64,000 bases of DNA from Candidatus Omnitrophota bacterium (lineage in GTDB: Bacteria; Omnitrophota; Gorgyraeia; Zapsychrales; Fredricksoniimonadaceae): NCBI GenBank assembly GCA_903944345.1, contig CAJARJ010000005.1, forward strand, positions 71,890 to 135,889, written 5' to 3'. Numbering within the stretch: position 1 is the first letter of the stretch; every line of letters begins with the position of its first letter. The translations under genes were made by a program, and so were the position numbers. Below, in pieces: positions 10,355-20,016 of this stretch. The notes under the pieces are model-generated. The model was not told where the DNA came from and made no database searches. It was given only the letters and a program-made list of their open reading frames with translations.

Positions 10355-11349
10355 CAACAGCCCGCTTACTGGTCGTTTCACAGCCTCCGCACATTCCAGG
10401 CCCTTTCTCAACCCGCCGGATTATGCTGGATGTCCTGATTGCCTTGACGCCCGCGTTTCTTGCCGCGCTTTATTATTTTGGTGTCGGAGCTTTTCTGGTG
10501 ACTGCAACAGCCGTGGTCTGTTGTCTGGCTACCGAATACCTGATCCAGAAGTTTCTATTGCGCAAGGAACCGACCATTAATGACCTGTCCGCAGTTGTCA
10601 CCGGCGTACTGCTGGCCATGAATCTGCCTTCCAATATTCCTCTGGGCATGGTCGCAGCAGGAAGCATTTTTGCTATCGGAATTGCCAAAATGTGTTACGG
10701 CGGACTTGGACATAATCCTTTTAATCCGGCATTAATGGGCCGGGTTTTTCTGCTTATGTCTTTTCCGGTGGCCATGACCTCTTGGCCCAAACCGCTCATC
10801 AACCGGTTTTCAGTCGACGCAGTCACAGGGCCAACTCCGCTGGCTATTATTAAAGAAGGCCTGCATGCCGGACAGCCTTTAGGCGAGCTTATGCCAAAAA
10901 TTCCCGGTTATCTGGATCTCTTTCTGGGCAATCGCGGCGGATGTCTTGGGGAAGTGTCTATACTCGCCATTCTTCTGGGGCTGGCTTATCTTTTGTATCG
11001 TCAGGTCATCACCTGGCATATTCCTGTTATCGCAGCTCTTTCCGCTTTCCTGCTGTCGGGTTTGTTCTGGATTATGACCCCGGGCTCAACTCCGGATCCG
11101 TTCTTTCATTTGCTCACCGGAGGACTCATTTTCGGAATCGTTTTTATGGCCACCGACTATACAACTTCGCCCATGACCGTCAAAGGCATGTGTTTTTACG
11201 CTGCCGCGATCGGCATCCTGACGATCCTGATCCGATCTTTTGGCTCATATCCTGAAGGGATGTCTTTTGCCATACTGATCATGAATGCTTTTGTTCCCCT
11301 AATTAATAAATTATGCAAGCCTTACCGTTTTGGAGAAGGGAAAATCTGA
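10351..11349 (+). CDS. rnfD: Rnf complex subunit D
   Basis: 332-aa polytopic membrane protein of the NqrB/RnfD family. Start overlaps the rnfC stop. Confidence 0.9.
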   Translation: MTTARLLVVSQPPHIPGPFSTRRIMLDVLIALTPAFLAALYYFGVGAFLVTATAVVCCLATEYLIQKFLLRKEPTINDLSAVVTGVLLAMNLPSNIPLGMVAAGSIFAIGIAKMCYGGLGHNPFNPALMGRVFLLMSFPVAMTSWPKPLINRFSVDAVTGPTPLAIIKEGLHAGQPLGELMPKIPGYLDLFLGNRGGCLGEVSILAILLGLAYLLYRQVITWHIPVIAALSAFLLSGLFWIMTPGSTPDPFFHLLTGGLIFGIVFMATDYTTSPMTVKGMCFYAAAIGILTILIRSFGSYPEGMSFAILIMNAFVPLINKLCKPYRFGEGKI

Positions 11350-11350
11350 T

Positions 11351-11929
11351 ATGGCCAAGACCGAATCAACATTCATGAACATGCTGCTGGCGCTTTTTCT
11401 GGTGACACTTCTGTCGTGTACCGCATTAAGCAGTGTTTTTCTTATGACCAAAGACGCGATCGCCGCTTCGAAAGTCAAACAGAAGAGTGTCCTTCTCAAA
11501 GAAGTCCTGCCCGAATTTGATAATGATCCGGTCGCAGAAAAATTTTCGGTGAACACCCCGAATGGTGAAATTGTTTTTTATCCCGCCAGAAAAAACGGGG
11601 TTCTTGTAGCTGCGGCGGCAGAAACATTCAGTATGAAAGGTTATGCAGGCCGCATTGATATTCTGGCAGGGTTCATGGCTAATGGAATAATTTACAATAC
11701 TGTTGTTATCAGCCATAAAGAGACTCCTGGACTGGGCTCAAAGATGGAAGCCAACCAGTCATCTTTCGCCGCCCAGTTCAAAGACAAGAATCCGGCAAGC
11801 TTCCGTCTTAAGGTCAAAAAAGATGGCGGCGACGTAGATGCGATCACTGCGGCCACGGTCAGTTCAAGAGCCTATTGTGATGCCTTGCGTACGGCTCACG
11901 ATGCATTCAAGACACATTTCCTGAAATAA
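11351..11929 (+). CDS. rnfG: Rnf complex subunit G (FMN-binding)
   Basis: N-terminal transmembrane helix plus FMN-binding domain (..TPGLGSKM.., ITAATVSSRA). The track start 11330 is a TTG. The ATG at 11351 follows a GAAGGG Shine-Dalgarno and sits just after the rnfD stop. Confidence 0.85.
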   Translation: MAKTESTFMNMLLALFLVTLLSCTALSSVFLMTKDAIAASKVKQKSVLLKEVLPEFDNDPVAEKFSVNTPNGEIVFYPARKNGVLVAAAAETFSMKGYAGRIDILAGFMANGIIYNTVVISHKETPGLGSKMEANQSSFAAQFKDKNPASFRLKVKKDGGDVDAITAATVSSRAYCDALRTAHDAFKTHFLK

Positions 11930-11946
11930 AAAGGGGAGAGAATTAA

Positions 11947-12549
11947 ATGTCGCATTTGGCCAATTTCTCCAAAGGACTGCTCAAAGAAAATCCTCTTTTG
12001 GTTCTTGTTCTGGGAACCTGCCCGTCTTTGGCAATTACTTCATCCGCGGTCAATGGTTTGGGTATGGGGCTGGCGGCTACCTTTGTTCTCATCTGCTCCA
12101 ACGGCGTTATTTCCTGCATCAAGGATCTTATTCCGGACAAAGTCAGAATTCCCTGTTATATCACCGTTATTGCCGCTTTTGTCAGTATTGTGGACTTGCT
12201 TATGGCCGCAACTTTGCCGGATTTGCATAAGACGCTTGGGATTTTTATTCCTTTGATCGTTGTTAATTGCATTATTCTCGGACGTGCGGAAGCTTTTGCC
12301 GCCCGGAACTCGCTTTTACCGTCCTTGCTGGACGGTGCCGGAATGGGGCTCGGGTTTACTCTGGCGCTCTCGGTTATGGGATTTATCCGGGAATTCCTGG
12401 GCAACGGAGCCGTATTTGGACACAAATTTATTCCGGGTGACGGCATACTGATCTTTATTCTTGCCCCTGGAGCCTTTATTTGCCTGGGCTTCCTGATTGC
12501 GCTGGCGAATATCCTCAACCGTGCCTCTGCCGGAAAGGGAAGGGCGTAA
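11947..12549 (+). CDS. rnfE: Rnf complex subunit E
   Basis: 200-aa membrane protein of the RnfE/NqrD family with an AAAGGGGAG Shine-Dalgarno upstream. Confidence 0.9.
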   Translation: MSHLANFSKGLLKENPLLVLVLGTCPSLAITSSAVNGLGMGLAATFVLICSNGVISCIKDLIPDKVRIPCYITVIAAFVSIVDLLMAATLPDLHKTLGIFIPLIVVNCIILGRAEAFAARNSLLPSLLDGAGMGLGFTLALSVMGFIREFLGNGAVFGHKFIPGDGILIFILAPGAFICLGFLIALANILNRASAGKGRA

Positions 12550-13127
12550 TGAAATATTATATTCTGACTATTATCTCGGCCGTCTTTGTTAATAACATTG
12601 TCCTCAGCCGTTTTCTTGGCATTTGTCCTTTTCTGGGTGTTTCCAACAAGACCAGCAGTGCTTTGGGGATGTCCGGCGGCGTGCTTTTTGTCATGACGCT
12701 TTCAACCACCGTCACTTTTCTAGTCAATCAGTATATCCTGCTGCCTTTGGGCCTGGGATTCCTGCAGACCGTCATGTATATCCTGATTATTGCTGCTCTC
12801 GTGCAGATCGTTGAAATTGTCCTCAAAAAAGTCAGCCCGGCTCTTTATCAGGCGCTGGGTGTTTACCTTCCTCTTATTACAACCAATTGCACCATTCTGG
12901 GTGTTGCTCTTCTGGTTATACAAGACGGACTGGGGCTGTCACAAAGTATTGTATACGCAGTTGCCAACGCGCTCGGGTTCGCCTTTGCGCTTCTTTTGTT
13001 TTCAGGAATCAGGGAACGAATGGAACTCTCCGATATTCCCCAGGAATTACGCGGAGTTCCCATTGCTCTGATCACAGCCGGACTTTTGTCCATGGCTTTT
13101 ATGGGCTTTGCAGGAATGGTCAAATGA
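12549..13127 (+). CDS. rnfA: Rnf complex subunit A
   Basis: RnfA/NqrE family. The real start is the ATG at 12549 (MKYYILTIISAV..) overlapping the rnfE stop. The track ORF at 12480 begins inside rnfE. Confidence 0.9.
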   Translation: MKYYILTIISAVFVNNIVLSRFLGICPFLGVSNKTSSALGMSGGVLFVMTLSTTVTFLVNQYILLPLGLGFLQTVMYILIIAALVQIVEIVLKKVSPALYQALGVYLPLITTNCTILGVALLVIQDGLGLSQSIVYAVANALGFAFALLLFSGIRERMELSDIPQELRGVPIALITAGLLSMAFMGFAGMVK

Positions 13128-13699
13128 AAATTATCGTCGTCTTCCATAGCGTTTGCGGCAATACTTATCTGATCGCAAAAGAATTTCGCGATCAACTGGC
13201 CGGGGCAGGACACAGCGTTATCCTTAAACGAACCGCTGATCCGGACTGGGTTCTTAAACCGGGGCTGGACGACGCGGCTTGTGCCATGCTGGGGGAAATG
13301 CGCTCTTTGCCCGAAGCGGCACCAGGAGATCTTGCCGATTGCGACCTGATCCTGATGGGGTGTCCGGTCTATTTTGGCAATGTCACTGCCGAAATGAAAA
13401 CTTTTATGGATTCTACCGGAGGCCTTTGGATCAAGGCCGTCCTGGCCGGCAAGAAGTTTGCGGCCTTTACCTCCGGCGGCAACACCGAAGGAGGCGCAGA
13501 CCTTTGCCTGCAGGCTTTGCATATCTATGCCAAATACATGGGGCTGCTGAGCGTCCCGCTTCCCGTAACCAGCCTTCCGGGGGAAAACAGTAATGTCATG
13601 GGCATCATTCATTATTCGGCAGGGAAGTATGCAAGCGAATTGCCAGCAAAAATAAAACAGCTGATCAAAAACTACTGTTTGTTTCTTTCAAAAACCTGA
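13124..13699 (+). CDS. Flavodoxin-like fold protein (flavodoxin / FMN-dependent reductase family)
   Basis: MKIIVVFHSVCGNTYLIAKEF.. is a flavodoxin-type phosphate-binding loop. Its ATG overlaps the rnfA stop (ATGA). The track ORF 12887..13699 is the same frame run upstream without a stop. Confidence 0.65.
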   Translation: MKIIVVFHSVCGNTYLIAKEFRDQLAGAGHSVILKRTADPDWVLKPGLDDAACAMLGEMRSLPEAAPGDLADCDLILMGCPVYFGNVTAEMKTFMDSTGGLWIKAVLAGKKFAAFTSGGNTEGGADLCLQALHIYAKYMGLLSVPLPVTSLPGENSNVMGIIHYSAGKYASELPAKIKQLIKNYCLFLSKT

Positions 13700-13713
13700 C
13701 AAGGAAAACGCTT

Positions 13714-14208
13714 ATGGCCACCAGACAACCGGAAAGACAATACCCCCGTTTTGATTCGAGTGCCAAGGTCTCTTTCAAAGTTTCTTACCAGTTCCGAACA
13801 GATGTCAATTTCAAGATTGCAGACCCGAAGCCCAAGGATCCAAACTCGAGTTTTATCGGGTTCTCCCAGAACATTTCGGTCAACGGGCTTTGTTTTGAAT
13901 CGCCCAAAGAACTGACCCCCGGAGACAAACTGTGGATCGAACTGCATCTGCCCAAACAGACCCATATGATTGCCATGGAAGGCGAGGTTCGCTGGTGCCG
14001 TCTGATGGCAGTCACAGCCAATGCCCCCAAACAATTCCTATCAGGAGTTCTAATCACCAAAGTGAATGGCAAACCAGTCCAGGACACCATTTACCAGGAC
14101 GAACAATACCATGTGGCCTGGAGCCAGCTGCTTAACGATGTCCTGGGAGAATTTGCCCGGATCTGCCGTGAAAAGAATCTACTTTCTGACCAGCCTTCCC
14201 AGGAATAA
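13714..14208 (+). CDS. PilZ domain protein (putative c-di-GMP receptor)
   Basis: N-terminal RxxxR (RQPERQYPR) and DxSxxG-like NISVNG motifs. Confidence 0.65.
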   Translation: MATRQPERQYPRFDSSAKVSFKVSYQFRTDVNFKIADPKPKDPNSSFIGFSQNISVNGLCFESPKELTPGDKLWIELHLPKQTHMIAMEGEVRWCRLMAVTANAPKQFLSGVLITKVNGKPVQDTIYQDEQYHVAWSQLLNDVLGEFARICREKNLLSDQPSQE

Positions 14209-14240
14209 ATAGCTCTCAACGCAACAGCTGCTAATAACAA

Positions 14241-14273
14241 GAAGCCCGGCTCTTTCGAACCGGGCTTCTTTAA
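14241..14273. terminator. Bidirectional rho-independent terminator between the convergent PilZ and OmpA-like genes
   Basis: Perfect 9-bp stem gaagcccgg/ccgggcttc around a 10-nt loop, followed by TTT on the plus strand and preceded by an A-run (a T-run on the minus strand). Confidence 0.6.
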
Positions 14274-14296
14274 CTGAATCTGACAAACGTATTATA

Positions 14297-15280
14297 TTAT
14301 TCGACAGGAATAATAATTACAGTGCCTTTTTTGAGTTTATTGGGATTCTTGATGCGATCCTTGTTGAGCTCGTAAAGATACTGCCAGCGATTGCCGTTGC
14401 CCATCTGCTGAGCGGCGATCTTCCAGAGAGAATCATTGGGCTGAACCGTATATTCACGGGTAGAGACTTTTACGCCTGATTCGACATGTTCTTCTTTCTC
14501 AACCACGTATTTGCCTTCTTCGACCAGCTTGGCTTCCGGTTCCGCCGGCTTCTCTCCGGAGCCCATCATGACTTCCTGGACTTCTGCCACCATAAATTGA
14601 GCATTGCGGTCTTTTTGCATTCCGACAATGTCCTTGACCGGAGCTACCGCATTAAGTTTCCCGCGGGAAACAATCTTGATCCGATCCGGGCTTATGCCAT
14701 GATCCAGCATGTATTCCTCAACAACCGAACCACGTTTGGCGCCCAACTTCATGTTGTATTCGTCCGAACCGCGGGCATCGCAGTTGCCAGTAATAAGAAT
14801 AGAAGCATCGGGATTCTTCTCCAGCGTCTTTATGGCCCGATCCAGAATAGGGTAATGATCCTCCCTGAGATCGGCCTTATTGTAGTCGAAGTATATTTTT
14901 ACGTTACGCAAAATGTTGCGAATGATCAAGGATGGCTTGACCGCAGTCTGCTCTACGTCAACAGGAGCTTCTTCGTCAGCCTTGTAATCATAAATCACCT
15001 TGAAGACATAAACATAACCGCGATTGCCCCACAGGTCCTTGACGCTCCCGGGATTAACCGGCCACCACCAAAAGCCGCCTTTTTCGTCTTTAACGGGAGC
15101 AGGCTTGGCATCTGTCGGCCACCAGCTAAATTTCTCCGAGTTGGCCTTTAACTGCTGTTCCCGCCGAACCTCACGATCCGCTTTGGTTATAAACTGGGCA
15201 CTGGCCAAAGGAAGCGGCTGCAGAGCCAATGTGAAGACAAGAGAAATAGCTACCGGGATAATCCGACTTTTGTTTTTCAT
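14297..15280 (-). CDS. OmpA-family outer-membrane/peptidoglycan-associated protein with a C-terminal LysM domain
   Basis: Signal peptide MKNKSRIIPVAISLVFTLALQPLPLASA. OmpA_C-like peptidoglycan-binding motif (ITGNCDARGSDEYNMKLGAKRG). C-terminal LysM (YTVQPNDSLWKIA). The track start 15526 has no ribosome-binding site. The ATG at 15280 has AAGAGG about 7 nt upstream. Confidence 0.75.
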   Translation of the reverse strand: MKNKSRIIPVAISLVFTLALQPLPLASAQFITKADREVRREQQLKANSEKFSWWPTDAKPAPVKDEKGGFWWWPVNPGSVKDLWGNRGYVYVFKVIYDYKADEEAPVDVEQTAVKPSLIIRNILRNVKIYFDYNKADLREDHYPILDRAIKTLEKNPDASILITGNCDARGSDEYNMKLGAKRGSVVEEYMLDHGISPDRIKIVSRGKLNAVAPVKDIVGMQKDRNAQFMVAEVQEVMMGSGEKPAEPEAKLVEEGKYVVEKEEHVESGVKVSTREYTVQPNDSLWKIAAQQMGNGNRWQYLYELNKDRIKNPNKLKKGTVIIIPVE

Positions 15281-15495
15281 AAAAACCTCTTTTTTGAAAT
15301 AGCGGGCCTGTGGCCCTTGGGGAGTATTTGTTTTAAAGATAGTAGCACATTTTTTCTCTTTTAAAACAGTTGTTTGAAATTTCGAACAGGCTTGACCGGC
15401 CCCGGTTAATGCTCCCCGAACAGGGCTAATTTTCCAGGAGGATAATACCCTTTTCTTGAATTGCACCCGATGCAGGTTTCTGTTATAAGATAAAT

Positions 15496-16026
15496 ATGGA
15501 TACTCATGACGCCTGGACACGCGCACTCAAGGAAACCAATATAATCCGTTCCCGGGTTTCTTCTTTGCAAACTTTTTCTGACACCCGGGTGCCCTACATT
15601 TTCCTTTCTCCGTCGAGTATTAACGAAGGCGATACTGTGGTCCGTTCCGGAGAAGTGACCATCCAGCAGCCAGGCCTTATTCTGCCCCCAAACATTCCCC
15701 AGCTACAGGGTTTTGACTTGCCGCAGGAGCAGGGTGAATCTGAAAACAGCACGTTAAGTTTTCTTTTCGTACGGGGCATTGTTCTTCCTTCGCTCAAATA
15801 CGACAATGTCACCAGCTCGCTGAATGTCTTCGAGGGGGATTTGCCCAAAGCGATCTCTTTTCATGCCAATCGCCTGGAAAGGGAAGAAGACGTCCTGACC
15901 GGACTATTGACGGGGCATGAAGACAACTGGCAATTTTCTCTTTTAATTTATATCTGTTCCCAGATCACCCGCAATGCGGAAAGGGACATCAAACGTCTTT
16001 TACAGGAATACCGGAGAAAATCATGA
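15496..16026 (+). CDS. Hypothetical protein (176 aa), translationally coupled to the M16 peptidase
   Basis: No recognisable motifs. Its stop overlaps the peptidase ATG (ATGA at 16023). Confidence 0.45.
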   Translation: MDTHDAWTRALKETNIIRSRVSSLQTFSDTRVPYIFLSPSSINEGDTVVRSGEVTIQQPGLILPPNIPQLQGFDLPQEQGESENSTLSFLFVRGIVLPSLKYDNVTSSLNVFEGDLPKAISFHANRLEREEDVLTGLLTGHEDNWQFSLLIYICSQITRNAERDIKRLLQEYRRKS

Positions 16027-18599
16027 AATTGCGTTTCTTTTCTGGGCTGTTTTTTGTTCTTTATGCCTGCATCAGCCCGGCAGCAGCAGAGGTCGTTTCC
16101 AAAAAATACATGCTCGAAAACGGCCTTACGGTCATCATCAACGAAATGCCCTCAACACAGCAGGCAGCGATATACGTCTGGATAAAAACAGGATCCGCCA
16201 ACGAAGGCAAATTTCAGAACAGCGGGATTACGCATTTTATCGAGCATATGCTTTTTAAAGGCACCGAAAAAAGGGGCACCGGAATTATCCCGCAGGAGGC
16301 ACGTTCCATCGGCGGCATCATCAATGCTTCGACCAGCTATGATTTTACCGTCTATACCCTGAACCTGCCCAGGGAAAATTTTTCCGCCGGGCTTGACCTG
16401 ATGGCCGATATGGTGACCAACCCCGTTTTTGATCCGGCCGAACTGGAAAAAGAACGCGAAGTCATTGTAAAAGAAATGCGCATGATCAATGACCGGCCTG
16501 AATGGCGCCTCGATAACCTTTTATACTCAACGGTCTATACCCGCCATCCCTACCGTTTTCCTATTATTGGCCATGAAACCATTTTCCGGAACCTGACCCG
16601 TGACAACCTGCTGGAATATTTTCATCTCTGGTATCTGCCGGGGAACATGATCCTGACGGTGTCGGGAAACTTCACCGCCGAGAGTATCATTGATGAAATA
16701 CGCGCCAAATTTTCCGGGAACGAAATAAAATCCATGGCTGTACGCGACACCGCCGAGGAACCTGTGCAGATTTTCCCCCGCAGCGCGGCGGCTTCTTATG
16801 CCACAGACCTGTACCGTTACAGTATTGCCTTCCAGGGGGTTCCTCTGCTTCATCCTGACCTTTATGCAATGGACGTCCTGGCCATGGCGCTGGGGGACGG
16901 GGAAAGCTCACGCCTTTACACCAGCCTTTACCAGCAAAAGAAACTGGTTACTTCTGTCAGTGCTTCCAACCTGACGCCTATTGACCGCGGCTTTTTTGAA
17001 ATATCCTGTCTGATGGACAGCGACCATTCAGAGGAAGTCCTGGCTCATGTCAAAAATACCATTGCCACTGTCCGGACAAACGGTCTGACCCGCCAGGAAC
17101 TGGAAACAGTCAAACGCAAACTTATGGTGCAAAATATTGCCTCCCGGCAAACCGCCGGAGGGATGGCCTACAAAACAGGTATTGAAACCGCTTTCACCGC
17201 AGACCACCTTTTTTCGGACAAATATCTGGATGGAATCCGGGCTGTCACCAACGCGGATATCAAACGGGTAGCCAGCCAATATCTGATAGACGCACGAATG
17301 ACCACTGTGTCTCTGTTCCCGGAAACGACGGCACCACTGGTGTCGGCAGAAACGCCTGCGAGCAGTGCGGCGGAGCGTTATCTGCTGGACAACGGACTGC
17401 GCCTGATCCTCAAGGAAGACCATGCTCTGCCTTTTATAACAGTACGCGTAGCCCTTAACGGTGGAACCCGTCAGGAAACAACCGATAAAACCGGTTCGGC
17501 GTTTCTGGCCGGAGCGCTCTGGGGCAGAGCCTTCAAGGGCAAAACCGTTACCCAATTGAGCAGCGAGACCGAGGCAAGGGGAGGGAGCATCTCCAGCTAC
17601 AGCGGAAAAAACAGCCTTATCCTGGCCATAGACTTTCTGTCGGAAGACACCGATCTTGTGCTGGGCTTGCTGGAAAACTTCCTTAAAAAGCCGTCTTTCC
17701 CGCAGGAAGAACTGGAGCTGTACAAAAAGCAGATGATAAGCTCCGTAAAATCCATCAAAGACAGCCCTTTGCGGACCGCAACCAAACTGGCCGTAGAAAC
17801 CCTGTTTGAAACACACCCTTTTCGTAACGACGGCCTCGGTGATGAAGCTGGTATTGCCAGGCTGTCCCGACAGGACGCGCTTGACTTCTTCGAAGATTTC
17901 TTCTCGGCAGACGGAATGGTTATTTCGATCTTCGGAGATATTAACAAAAAAGCTGTCCTTGACCGGCTGGGCAAAAGCCTTTCGGTTCTTCCTGAAAAAC
18001 GCAAAACCCTTGCCGTCTTTGACGAGCCGGCTCCGGAAACTCCGCGCATCAAGGAAATAGCCATGCCCAAAGAACAAGCCGTCCTGGTTCAGGCTTTCCG
18101 CGGCCCCTGGCTGGATTCAAAAGAACGTTTTGCCGGTGAAGTTGCCATGAACGTTCTGACCTCTTCCCTTGGAGGCAGGCTTTTCAAACGTATCCGCGAA
18201 GAAATGGGGCAGGCCTATACTCTGGGCGGCAGTTTCTCTCCCGGGGTAGACGCCGGAATGTTTCTGTTTTATGTCAACACCTCTAACGAATACCTGGAGA
18301 AAGTGCGTGCCATTCTAGAAGAGGAAATCCGCAGGCTGGCGGTCGAACCGCTCACGGTTCAGGAGCTGACCGACACAAAAAATTATCTGATCAGCCGGCA
18401 AGGCTCGGGCATGGAAACCCTCGCCGCGCAGGCCACAGCAAGCTCGATCAATGAGCTATTGGGCCTCGGTTTTGACCAGGAGGACAGTTATAATTCAAAT
18501 ATAATGGCGGTTTCGGCTGAAGATGTCCGCTCTCTTGCGGAGCGCTGGCTAAATCCGGAACACGCGGCTCTGGTTATTGTTCGCTCCCAGCAACCCTGA
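16023..18599 (+). CDS. Secreted M16-family zinc metallopeptidase (two tandem insulinase/pitrilysin modules)
   Basis: Signal peptide. Inverted zincin motif HFIEHMLFKGT...E. 858 aa with two M16 active/inactive domain pairs. Confidence 0.85.
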   Translation: MKLRFFSGLFFVLYACISPAAAEVVSKKYMLENGLTVIINEMPSTQQAAIYVWIKTGSANEGKFQNSGITHFIEHMLFKGTEKRGTGIIPQEARSIGGIINASTSYDFTVYTLNLPRENFSAGLDLMADMVTNPVFDPAELEKEREVIVKEMRMINDRPEWRLDNLLYSTVYTRHPYRFPIIGHETIFRNLTRDNLLEYFHLWYLPGNMILTVSGNFTAESIIDEIRAKFSGNEIKSMAVRDTAEEPVQIFPRSAAASYATDLYRYSIAFQGVPLLHPDLYAMDVLAMALGDGESSRLYTSLYQQKKLVTSVSASNLTPIDRGFFEISCLMDSDHSEEVLAHVKNTIATVRTNGLTRQELETVKRKLMVQNIASRQTAGGMAYKTGIETAFTADHLFSDKYLDGIRAVTNADIKRVASQYLIDARMTTVSLFPETTAPLVSAETPASSAAERYLLDNGLRLILKEDHALPFITVRVALNGGTRQETTDKTGSAFLAGALWGRAFKGKTVTQLSSETEARGGSISSYSGKNSLILAIDFLSEDTDLVLGLLENFLKKPSFPQEELELYKKQMISSVKSIKDSPLRTATKLAVETLFETHPFRNDGLGDEAGIARLSRQDALDFFEDFFSADGMVISIFGDINKKAVLDRLGKSLSVLPEKRKTLAVFDEPAPETPRIKEIAMPKEQAVLVQAFRGPWLDSKERFAGEVAMNVLTSSLGGRLFKRIREEMGQAYTLGGSFSPGVDAGMFLFYVNTSNEYLEKVRAILEEEIRRLAVEPLTVQELTDTKNYLISRQGSGMETLAAQATASSINELLGLGFDQEDSYNSNIMAVSAEDVRSLAERWLNPEHAALVIVRSQQP

Positions 18600-18644
18600 G
18601 ATTTTATGAAACCGTAATCCTGAAAAAAAACCGGAACAAAAATT

Positions 18645-20006
18645 ATGAATAAGAATATCCGTTTTGATCTGGAAGAACAGTTGCTCGAAAAACTGCGGGG
18701 TAAATTGCGCCTGTTACAGCCCCAGAGTGAAAGAGAAGACCTCGCGCTGACGGCTCTGGAAGACGTGCTTCTGACCGACAAGGCCAAAAAGTTTTCCGGA
18801 GAGTTTTCCTCACCGGAAGAAAAAAGCCGTTTTGTCCGCGAATTTCTGTCTTACGGGATCATCGAACAGTTTTTGTGCAACAGCAGTGTGGAAGACATCA
18901 TTATCCACGGGCAGAAACCGATCTATATTCATCATACCGACAGCGGTTTTGTTTCCACCAATGTCCAGTTTGAGTCGCTGCGTCAACTGGATATTTTCAT
19001 CAAAAAGCTGCTTGTCTTCGGGAATCGTGACGGATACAAGAACATCATTGACCTGGAACTTTTCAACCTCGGCGGACGTGCCAATATTATTGTTTCTCCG
19101 TTTGGCCCCCAGATCACAATCACAAAAGCCAAAACGGAACCTATCAGCATTCTGGATCTTGTGGAGAAAGGCGCGCTCTCCTATGAAGAAGCCGCACAAT
19201 TATGGATCTATCTGGACGGGCTTTCCGTGCGTCCGGCCAATATCCTTATTGCCGGAGGCCCCGGAACCGGAAAAACAACCCTTCTTAACGCCCTGTTCAG
19301 CTTTATTCCGGAAAAAGACCACCTGGTTATCATTGAAGACACACTGGAACTCAACACCGTCCTGATGGACTCGGTTTCCCGGCTTGAGAGCACCACCGAA
19401 CTGACCATTGGCGACCTTATTATCAACAGCCTGCGTATGCGTCCGGAACGGATTGTGGTGGGCGAGGTGCGCGGTGCAGAAGCCCGGGAAATGATCACGG
19501 CCATGAATGTCGGCAAATATTGTATGTGCACCATTCACGCGCTGACCAGCCGTGAAGCCATTATCCGCCTGCAAAACGAACCGATGAATATCCCCGAAAT
19601 GCTGGTCAACCTGATCGACGTTTTTGTGGTGCTCAAACGGTATCACGTCAATAACAAGGTTTTTCGCGTCATTGACGAGATTTCGGAAACAGGCGGGATG
19701 GAACAAAAGAAAATCCTTTTGTCCCCGGTGTACAAGTTCAATTATGAGCAGAACAAATCCATGCTCATGTCGCCAAGCACCATATACCGGGACCGTCTGG
19801 CCAGAGAATCGGGGCAAACCCCGCGCGACATTATTAACGAAACTTTACTGCGAGCTGTCGTTTTAAGAAAACTGCATGAACAGGGTATTCATACTCTGAC
19901 CGATACGACAGTGTTTTGCAGGGCTTTCCGCAAGGATGCAGCCGATGCCATGTCCCGCATAGGGCTTAACAGGCAAACGGTGTTAAAAGAAGTGGCCAAG
20001 AACTAA
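18645..20006 (+). CDS. CpaF/TadA/VirB11-type secretion ATPase (type II/IV secretion system protein family), orphan
   Basis: Walker A ILIAGGPGTGKTTLLNAL, Walker B HLVIIEDTLE, and Asp/His boxes. No tadB/tadC, pilin or secretin genes are adjacent. Confidence 0.8.
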   Translation: MNKNIRFDLEEQLLEKLRGKLRLLQPQSEREDLALTALEDVLLTDKAKKFSGEFSSPEEKSRFVREFLSYGIIEQFLCNSSVEDIIIHGQKPIYIHHTDSGFVSTNVQFESLRQLDIFIKKLLVFGNRDGYKNIIDLELFNLGGRANIIVSPFGPQITITKAKTEPISILDLVEKGALSYEEAAQLWIYLDGLSVRPANILIAGGPGTGKTTLLNALFSFIPEKDHLVIIEDTLELNTVLMDSVSRLESTTELTIGDLIINSLRMRPERIVVGEVRGAEAREMITAMNVGKYCMCTIHALTSREAIIRLQNEPMNIPEMLVNLIDVFVVLKRYHVNNKVFRVIDEISETGGMEQKKILLSPVYKFNYEQNKSMLMSPSTIYRDRLARESGQTPRDIINETLLRAVVLRKLHEQGIHTLTDTTVFCRAFRKDAADAMSRIGLNRQTVLKEVAKN

Positions 20007-20016
20007 AGCCGACGGC

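Noticed and set aside
12863-13612. 249-aa minus-strand ORF and the 270-aa plus-strand ORF 12887..13699 across rnfA and the flavodoxin gene
   Set aside because: The minus ORF is antisense to rnfA and the flavodoxin gene. The plus ORF is simply the flavodoxin frame running open upstream through rnfA, and the true start is the ATG at 13124.
14486-15302. Plus-strand ORFs 14486..15151 and 15024..15302 inside the OmpA-LysM gene
   Set aside because: They are antisense to a gene with a clear signal peptide and OmpA and LysM motifs. The translations are Arg/Leu-rich artefacts.
17028-18077. 349-aa and 157-aa minus-strand ORFs inside the M16 peptidase gene
   Set aside because: They are antisense to a strongly supported coding region. 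Long antisense ORFs are common at this GC content.
19200-19817. 205-aa minus-strand ORF inside the CpaF-like ATPase gene
   Set aside because: Antisense shadow ORF.
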